Shown: piece after piece, positions 51,601 through 61,000 of the stretch | Position numbering within the stretch: position 1 is the first letter of the stretch | Layout: every line of letters starts with the position of its first letter | DNA from: the human T2T-CHM13v2.0 reference genome, Homo sapiens | NCBI RefSeq assembly: GCF_009914755.1 | Contig: NC_060930.1 | Direction: 5' to 3' (one strand) | DNA length: 64,000 nucleotides | The notes under the pieces: model-generated | Seen by the model: only the letters and a program-made list of their open reading frames with translations | Databases searched by the model: none | Told to the model about the DNA's origin: nothing | Position numbers and translations under genes: made by a program

Positions 51601-54600
51601 AGACAGAAGCAATCTCAGAAACTAATGTGTGATGGCTGCATTCCACACACACGGTGGACCATTTCTCTTGATAGAGCAGTTTTGAAACACTCTTTCTGTA
51701 GAATCTGCAAGTGGATAATTGGACCTCCTAGAGGCCTTCGTTGGAAACGGGATTTCTTCATCTAAACCTACAGAGAAGAATTCTCAGTAACTTCTTCGGA
51801 TGTGTGCATTCGACTCACAGAATGGAACATTCCCTTTGATAGAGCAGTTTTGAGACACCGCTTTGTAGAATTCCCAAGTGGATATTTAGAGCACTTTGAA
51901 GTCTCTGCTAGAAAAGGAAACATCTTCATGTAAAAAGTAGATAGAATCGTTCTCAGAAAGTGCTTAGTGACGTGTGCGTTCAACTCACAGAGTTTAACGT
52001 TTCTTTTGATAGAGCGTTTCTGAAACACCCTTCTTGTAGTAGCTGCAAGTGGATATTTGGACCTATTGGAGGCCTTCTTTGGAAATGGGATTTCTTCATG
52101 TAACTCTAGATTGAAGAATTCTCAGAAACTCCTTTGTGATGTGTGCATTCAATTCAAAGAGTGAAACCTCCCTTTTCACAGAGCAGTTTTGAAACACTGT
52201 TTTTGTAGGATTTCCAAGGGGATATTTATAGCGCATTGAGCCTACGGCGGAAAAAGAAACATCTTCCTATAAAAACTAGACAGAATACTTCTCAGAATCT
52301 GCTTTGCGATGTGTGCGTTCAACTCACAGAGTAAAACTTTTCTTTTGATAGAGCAGTTTTGAAACACTCTTTTTGTAGTATTTGCATGTGTATATTTAGA
52401 GCGCATTGAAGCCCACAGTAGAAAAGGAAATAACTTCACCTAAAACCTAGACAGAAGCAATCTCAGAAACTACTTTGTGATGTGTACATTCAACTCACAG
52501 AGTGGAACTTTCCTCTTTATAGAGCAGTGTTGAAACACTCTTTTTGTAGAAACTGCAAGTGGATATTTGGACCTCTTTGAGGCCTTCGTTGGAAACGGGA
52601 TTTCTTCCTGTAACCCTAGACAGAAGAATTTTCAGAAACCTCATTGTGATGTGTGCGTTCATCTCACAGAGTGGAGTCTTCCGTTTGATAGAGAAGTTTT
52701 GAAACCCTGTTCTTGTAGGATTTCCAAGTGGATATTTAGACCACTTTGAAGCCTATGATAGAAAAGGAAACATCTTCATGGAAAACATAGATAGAATCAT
52801 TCTCAGAAACAACTTTGTGATGTGTGCGTTGAACTCACCGTCTTTAACCTTTCTTTTGGTAGAGAAGTTTTGAAACACTCTCTTTGTAAAGTCTACAAGT
52901 GGATATTTTGAGCCCTTGGAGGCATTCTTTGGAAAAGGGAATGTCTTCACATAAAAGGCAGACAGAAGTGTTCTCAGAAACTGCTTTGTGATGTCTGTGT
53001 TCAACTCACAGAGTTTAACATTTCCTTTGATAGAGCGGTTTAGTAACCCTCTCTTTGTAGAATTTGGAAGTGTATACTAAGAGCGCTTTGAGGCCTATGG
53101 TAGAAAAGGAAATATCTTTCCATAAAAGCTAGACAGAAGCAATCTCAGAAACTCCTTTGTGATGTCTGCATTCAACTCACCGAGTGGAACATTCCTCTTG
53201 ATAGAGCAGTTTGGAAACACTCTTTCTGTAGAATCAGCTTGTTTGTATTTGGACCTCCTTGAGGCCTTCGTTGGAAACGGGTTTTCATCTTATAAACCCA
53301 GACAGAAGAATTCTCAGAGTCTTCTTTGTGATGTGTGCTTTCAACTCACCGAGATAAAGATTTCTCTTGATAGAGCAATTTGGAAACACTCTTTTTGTAG
53401 AATTTGCAAGGGTACATTGAGAGCGCTTTCAGGCCTATGGTAGAAAAGGGAATATCTTTCCATAAAAGGTAGACAGAAGCAATCTCAGAAACTACTTTGT
53501 GATGTGTGCATTCAACTCACCGAGTGCAACGTTCCTCTTGACCGAGCAGTTTGGAAACATTGTTTCTGTAGAATCTGCAAGTGGATATTTGGACCTCTTT
53601 GAGGCCTTCGTTGGAAAAGGGATTTCTTCCTATAAACCCAGACAGAAGAATTCTCAGAGACTTCTTTGTGATGTGTGAATTCAACTCACAGTGTGGATCC
53701 TTCCTTTTGATAGAGCAGTTTTGAAACCCTGTTTTTGTAGTATTTCCAAGCGGATATTTGGAACGCCTTGAAGCGTATGGTAGAAAAGGAAATATCTTCC
53801 CATAAAACCTAGACAGAACCAATCTCAGAAACGACTTTGTGATGTCTGCATTCAAGTCACAGAGTTGAACATTTCTTTTGATAGAGCAGTTTTGAAACCC
53901 TCTTTCTGAAGGATCTGCAAGTGGATATTTGGAACTCCTTTGGGTCTTCGTTGGAAACGGGATTTCTTCGTATAAATCTAGACAGAAGAATTCTCCGAAA
54001 CTTCTTTGGTTGTGTGCATTCAAGTCACAGAGTGGAACCTTCCTTTGGATAGAGCAGTTTGAAACGCTGTGGTTGTAGTATTTCCAAGCGGATATTAGAG
54101 CGCCTTGAGGCCTATGGTAGAAAAGGAAATATCTTGCCATAAAACCTAGTCGGAAGCAATCTCAGAAACTACTGTGTGATGGCTGCATTCCACACACACG
54201 GTGGAACATTTCTCTTGATAGAGCAGTTTTGAAACACTCTTTCTGTAGAATCTGCAAGTGGATAATTGGACCGCCTTGAGGCCTTCGTTGGAAACGGGAT
54301 TTCTTCATGTTACTCTAGATAGAAGAATTCTCAAACACTGCTATGTGATGTTTGCATTCAAGTCACAGAGTGCAACATTCCTCTTGGTAGAGCAGTTGGG
54401 AAACACTCCTTTTGTAGAATCTGCAATGGGATATTTGGACTTCTTTGAGGCCTTCGTTGGAAACGGGATTTCTTCGTATGAATCTAGACAGAAGAATTCT
54501 CAGAAACTTCCTTGTGATGTGTGCATTCAACTCAGCGAGTGGCACCTTCCTTTGGATACAGCAGTTTTGAAACACTGTTTTTGTAGTATTTCCAAGCGGA

Positions 54601-55031
54601 TATTTAGAGCGCCTTGAAGCCTATGCTAGAAATGGAAATATCTCCCCATAAAACCAAGACAGAAGCAATCTCAGAAACTAATGTGTGATGGCTGCATTCC
54701 ACACACACGGTGGACCATTTCTCTTGATAGAGCAGTTTTGAAACACTCTTTCTGTAGAATCTGCAAGTGGATAATTGGACCTCCTAGAGGCCTTCGTTGG
54801 AAACGGGATTTCTTCATCTAAACCTACAGAGAAGAATTCTCAGTAACTTCTTCGGATGTGTGCATTCGACTCACAGAATGGAACATTCCCTTTGATAGAG
54901 CAGTTTTGAGACACCGTTTTTGTAGAATTCCCAAGTGGATATTTAGAGCACTTTGAAGTCTCTGCTAGAAAAGGAAACATCTTCATGTAAAAAGTAGATA
55001 GAATCGTTCTCAGAAAGTGCTTAGTGACGTG
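36695..55031 (+). repeat. Three copies of a ~6112-bp two-HOR unit (D + E)
   Basis: GGCTTTCG occurs at 37304, 43416 and 49528. GGAAAAGGG boxes occur at 41382, 47494 and 53606. TTGCCATAAAACCTAGTCGG is present only in copies 14, 16 and 18. Confidence 0.88.
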
Positions 55032-58000
55032 TGCGTTCAACTCACAGAGTTTAACGTTTCTTTTGATAGAGCGTTTCTGAAACACCCTTCTTGTAGTAGC
55101 TGCAAGTGGATATTTGGACCTATTGGAGGCCTTCTTTGGAAACGGGATTTCTTCATGTAACTCTAGATTGAAGAATTCTCAGAAACTCCTTTGTGATGTG
55201 TGCATTCAATTCAAAGAGTGAAACCTCCCTTTTCACAGAGCAGTTTTGAAACACTGTTTTTGTAGGATTTCCAAGGGGATATTTATAGCGCATTGAGCCT
55301 ACGGCGGAAAAAGAAACATCTTCCTATAAAAACTAGACAGAATACTTCTCAGAATCTGCTTTGCGATGTGTGCGTTCAACTCACAGAGTAAAACTTTTCT
55401 TTTGATAGAGCAGTTTTGAAACACTCTTTTTGTAGTATTTGCATGTGTATATTTAGAGCGCATTGAAGCCCACAGTAGAAAAGGAAATAACTTCACCTAA
55501 AACCTAGACAGAAGCAATCTCAGAAACTACTTTGTGATGTGTACATTCAACTCACAGAGTGGAACTTTCCTCTTTATAGAGCAGTGTTGAAACACTCTTT
55601 TTGTAGAAACTGCAAGTGGATATTTGGACCTCTTTGAGGCCTTCGTTGGAAACGGGATTTCTTCCTATAACCCTAGACAGAAGAATTTTCAGAAACCTCA
55701 TTGTGATGTGTGCGTTCATCTCACAGAGTGGAGTCTTCCGTTTGATAGAGAAGTTTTGAAACCCTGTTCTTGTAGGATTTCCAAGTGGATATTTAGACCA
55801 CTTTGAAGCCTATGATAGAAAAGGAAACATCTTCATGGAAAACATAGATAGAATCATCCTCAGAAACAACTTTGTGATGTGTGCGTTGAACTCACCGTCT
55901 TTAACCTTTCTTTTGGTAGAGAAGTTTTGAAACACTCTCTTTGTAAAGTCTACAAGTGGATATTTTGAGCCCTTGGAGGCATTCTTTGGAAAAGGGAATG
56001 TCTTCACATAAAAGGCAGACGGAAGTGTTCTCAGAAACTGCTTTGTGATGTCTGTGTTCAACTCACAGAGTTTAACATTTCCTTTGATAGAGCGGTTTAG
56101 TAACCCTCTCTTTGTAGAATTTGGAAGTGTATACTAAGAGCGCTTTGAGGCCTATGGTAGAAAAGGAAATATCTTTCCATAAAAGCTAGACAGAAGCAAT
56201 CTCAGAAACTCCTTTGTGATGTCTGCATTCAACTCACCGAGTGGAACATTCCTCTTGATAGAGCAGTTTGGAAACACTCTTTCTGTAGAATCAGCTTGTT
56301 TGTATTTGGACCTCCTTGAGGCCTTCGTTGGAAACGGGTTTTCATCTTATAAACCCAGACAGAAGAATTCTCTGAGTCTTCTTTGTGATGTGTGCTTTCA
56401 ACTCACCGAGATAAAGATTTCTCTTGATAGAGCAATTTGGAAACACTCTTTTTGTAGAATTTGCAAGGGTACATTGAGAGCGCTTTCAGGCCTATGGTAG
56501 AAAAGGGAATATCTTTCCATAAAAGGTAGACAGAAGCAATCTCAGAAACTAATTTGTGATGTGTGCATTCAACTCACCGAGTGCAACGTTCCTCTTGACC
56601 GAGCAGTTTGGAAACATTGTTTCTGCAGAATCTGCAAGTGGATATTTGGACCTGTTTGAGGCCTTCGTTGGAAACGGGATTTCTTCCTATAAACCCAGAC
56701 AGAAGAATTCTCAGAGACTTCTTTGTGATGTGTGAATTCAACTCACAGTGTGGATCCTTCCTTTTGATAGAGCAGTTTTGAAACCCTGTTTTTGTAGTAT
56801 TTCCAAGCGGATATTTGGAACGCCTTGAAGCGTATGGTAGAAAAGGAAATATCTTCTCATAAAACCTAGACAGAACCAATCTCAGAAACGACTTTGTGAT
56901 GTCTGCATTCAACTCACAGAGTTGAACATTTCTCTTGATAGAGCAGTTTTGAAACCCTCTTTCTGAAGGATCTGCAAGTGGATATTTGGAACTCCTTTGG
57001 GTCTTCGTTGGAAACGGGATTTCTTCGTATAAATCTAGACAGAAGAATTCTCCGAAACTTCTTTGGTTGTGTGCATTCAAGTCACAGAGTGGAACCTTCC
57101 TTTGGATAGAGCAGTTTGAAACGCTGTGGTTGTAGTATTTCCAAGCGGATATTAGAGCGCCTTGAGGCCTATGGTAGAAAAGGAAATATCTTCCCATAAA
57201 ACCTAGACGGAAGCAATCTCAGAAACTACTGTGTGATGGCTGCATTCCACACACACGGTGGAACATTTCTCTTGATAGAGCAGTTTTGAAACACTCTTTC
57301 TGTAGAATCTGCAAGTGGATAATTGGACCGCCTTGAGGCCTTCGTTGGAAACGGGATTTCTTCATGTTACTCTAGATAGAAGAATTCTCAAACACTGCTA
57401 TGTGATGTTTGCATTCAAGTCACAGAGTGCAACATTCCTCTTGGTAGAGCAGTTGGGAAACACTCCTTTTGTAGAATCTGCAATGGGATATTTGGACTTC
57501 TTTGAGGCCTTCGTTGGAAACGGGATTTCTTCGTATGAATCTAGACAGAAGAATTCTCAGAAACTTCCTTGTGATGTGTGCATTCAACTCAGCGAGTGGC
57601 ACCTTCCTTTGGATACAGCAGTTTTGAAACACTGTTTTTGTAGTATTTCCAAGCGGATATTTAGAGCGCCTTGAAGCCTATGCTAGAAATGGAAATATCT
57701 CCCCATAAAACCAAGACAGAAGCAATCTCAGAAACTAATGTGTGATGGCTGCATTCCACACACACGGTGGACCATTTCTCTTGATAGAGCAGTTTTGAAA
57801 CACTCTTTCTGTAGAATCTGCAAGTGGATAATTGGACCTCCTAGAGGCCTTCGTTGGAAACGGGATTTCTTCATCTAAACCTACAGAGAAGAATTCTCAG
57901 TAACTTCTTCGGATGTGTGCATTCGACTCACAGAATGGAACATTCCCTTTGATAGAGCAGTTTTGAGACACCGCTTTGTAGAATTCCCAAGTGGATATTT

Positions 58001-61000
58001 AGAGCACTTTGAAGTCTCTGCTAGAAAAGGAAACATCTTCATGTAAAAAGTAGATAGAATCGTTCTCAGAAAGTGCTTAGTGACGTGTGCGTTCAACTCA
58101 CAGAGTTTAACGTTTCTTTTGATAGAGCGTTTCTGAAACACCCTTCTTGTAGTAGCTGCAAGTGGATATTTGGACCTATTGGAGGCCTTCTTTGGAAATG
58201 GGATTTCTTCATGTAACTCTAGATTGAAGAATTCTCAGAAACTCCTTTGTGATGTGTGCATTCAATTCAAAGAGTGAAACCTCCCTTTTCACAGAGCAGT
58301 TTTGAAACACTGTTTTTGTAGGATTTCCAAGGGGATATTTATAGCGCATTGAGCCTACGGCGGAAAAAGAAACATCTTCCTATAAAAACTAGACAGAATA
58401 CTTCTCAGAATCTGCTTTGCGATGTGTGCGTTCAACTCACAGAGTAAAACTTTTCTTTTGATAGAGCAGTTTTGAAACACTCTTTTTGTAGTATTTGCAT
58501 GTGTATATTTAGAGCGCATTGAAGCCCACAGTAGAAAAGGAAATAACTTCACCTAAAACCTAGACAGAAGCAATCTCAGAAACTACTTTGTGATGTGTAC
58601 ATTCAACTCACAGAGTGGAACTTTCCTCTTTATAGAGCAGTGTTGAAACACTCTTTTTGTAGAAACTGCAAGTGGATATTTGGACCTCTTTGAGGCCTTC
58701 GTTGGAAACGGGATTTCTTCCTGTAACCCTAGACAGAAGAATTTTCAGAAACCTCATTGTGATGTGTGCGTTCATCTCACAGAGTGGAGTCTTCCGTTTG
58801 ATAGAGAAGTTTTGAAACCCTGTTCTTGTAGGATTTCCAAGTGGATATTTAGACCACTTTGAAGCCTATGATAGAAAAGGAAACATCTTCATGGAAAACA
58901 TAGATAGAATCATTCTCAGAAACAACTTTGTGATGTGTGCGTTGAACTCACCGTCTTTAACCTTTCTTTTGGTAGAGAAGTTTTGAAACACTCTCTTTGT
59001 AAAGTCTACAAGTGGATATTTTGAGCCCTTGGAGGCATTCTTTGGAAAAGGGAATGTCTTCACATAAAAGGCAGACAGAAGTGTTCTCAGAAACTGCTTT
59101 GTGATGTCTGTGTTCAACTCACAGAGTTTAACATTTCCTTTGATAGAGCAGTTTAGTAACCCTCTCTTTGTAGAATTTGGAAGTGTATACTAAGAGCGCT
59201 TTGAGGCCTATGGTAGAAAAGGAAATATCTTTCCATAAAAGCTAGACAGAAGCAATCTCAGAAACTCCTTTGTGATGTCTGCATTCAACTCACCGAGTGG
59301 AACATTCCTCTTGATAGAGCAGTTTGGAAACACTCTTTCTGTAGAATCAGCTTGTTTGTATTTGGACCTCCTTGAGGCCTTCGTTGGAAACGGGTTTTCA
59401 TCTTATAAACCCAGACAGAAGAATTCTCAGAGTCGTCTTTGTGATGTGTGCTTTCAACTCACCAAGATAAAGATTTCTCTTGATAGAGCAATTTGGAAAC
59501 ACTCTTTTTGTAGAAATTGCAAGGGTACATTGAGAGCGCTTTCAGGCCTATGGTAGAAAAGGGAATATCTTTCCATAAAAGGTAGAGAGAAGCAATCTCA
59601 GAAACTAATTTGTGATGTGTGCATTCAACTCACCGAGTGCAACGTTCCTCTTGACCGAGCAGTTTGGAAACATTGTTTCTGCAGAATCTGCAAGTGGATA
59701 TTTGGACCTGTTTGAGGCCTTCGTTGGAAACGGGATTTCTTCCTATAAACCCAGACAGAAGAATTCTCAGAGACTTCTTTGTGATGTGTGAATTCAACTC
59801 ACAGTGTGGATCCTTCCTTTTGATAGAGCAGTTTTGAAACCCTGTTTTTGTAGTATTTCCAAGCGGATATTTGGAACGCCTTGAAGTGTATGGTAGAAAA
59901 GGAAATATCTTCTCATAAAACCTAGACAGAACCAATCTCAGAAACGACTTTGTGATGTCTGCATTCAACTCACAGAGTTGAACATTTCTCTTGATAGAGC
60001 AGTTTTGAAACCCTCTTTCTGAAGGATCTGCAAGTGGATATTTGGAACTCCTTTGGGTCTTCGTTGGAAACGGGATTTCTTCGTATAAATCTAGACAGAA
60101 GAATTCTCCGAAACTTCTTTGGTTGTGTGCATTCAAGTCACAGAGTGGAACCTTCCTTTGGATAGAGCAGTTTGAAACGCTGTGGTTGTAGTATTTCCAA
60201 GCGGATATTAGAGCGCCTTGAGGCCTATGGTAGAAAAGGAAATATCTTCCCATAAAACCTAGACGGAAGCAATCTCAGAAACTACTGTGTGATGGCTGCA
60301 TTCCACACACACGGTGGAACATTTCTCTTGATAGAGCAGTTTTGAAACACTCTTTCTGTAGAATCTGCAAGTGGATAATTGGACCGCCTTGAGGCCTTCG
60401 TTGGAAACGGGATTTCTTCATGTTACTCTAGATAGAAGAATTCTCAAACACTGCTATGTGATGTTTGCATTCAAGTCACAGAGTGCAACATTCCTCTTGG
60501 TAGAGCAGTTGGGGAACACTCCTTTTGTAGAATCTGCAATGGGATATTTGGACTTCTTTGAGGCCTCCGTTGGAAACGGGATTTCTTCGTATGAATCTAG
60601 ACAGAAGAATTCTCAGAAACTTCCTTGTGATGTGTGCATTCAACTCAGCGAGTGGCACCTTCCTTTGGATACAGCAGTTTTGAAACACTGTTTTTGTAGT
60701 ATTTCCAAGCGGATATTTAGAGCGCCTTGAAGCCTATGCTAGAAATGGAAATATCTCCCCATAAAACCAAGACAGAAGCAATCTCAGAAACTAATGTGTG
60801 ATGGCTGCATTCCACACACACGGTGGACCATTTCTCTTGATAGAGCAGTTTTGAAACACTCTTTCTGTAGAATCTGCAAGTGGATAATTGGACCTCCTAG
60901 AGGCCTTCGTTGGAAACGGGATTTCTTCATCTAAACCTACAGAGAAGAATTCTCAGTAACTTCTTCGGATGTGTGCATTCGACTCACAGAATGGAACATT

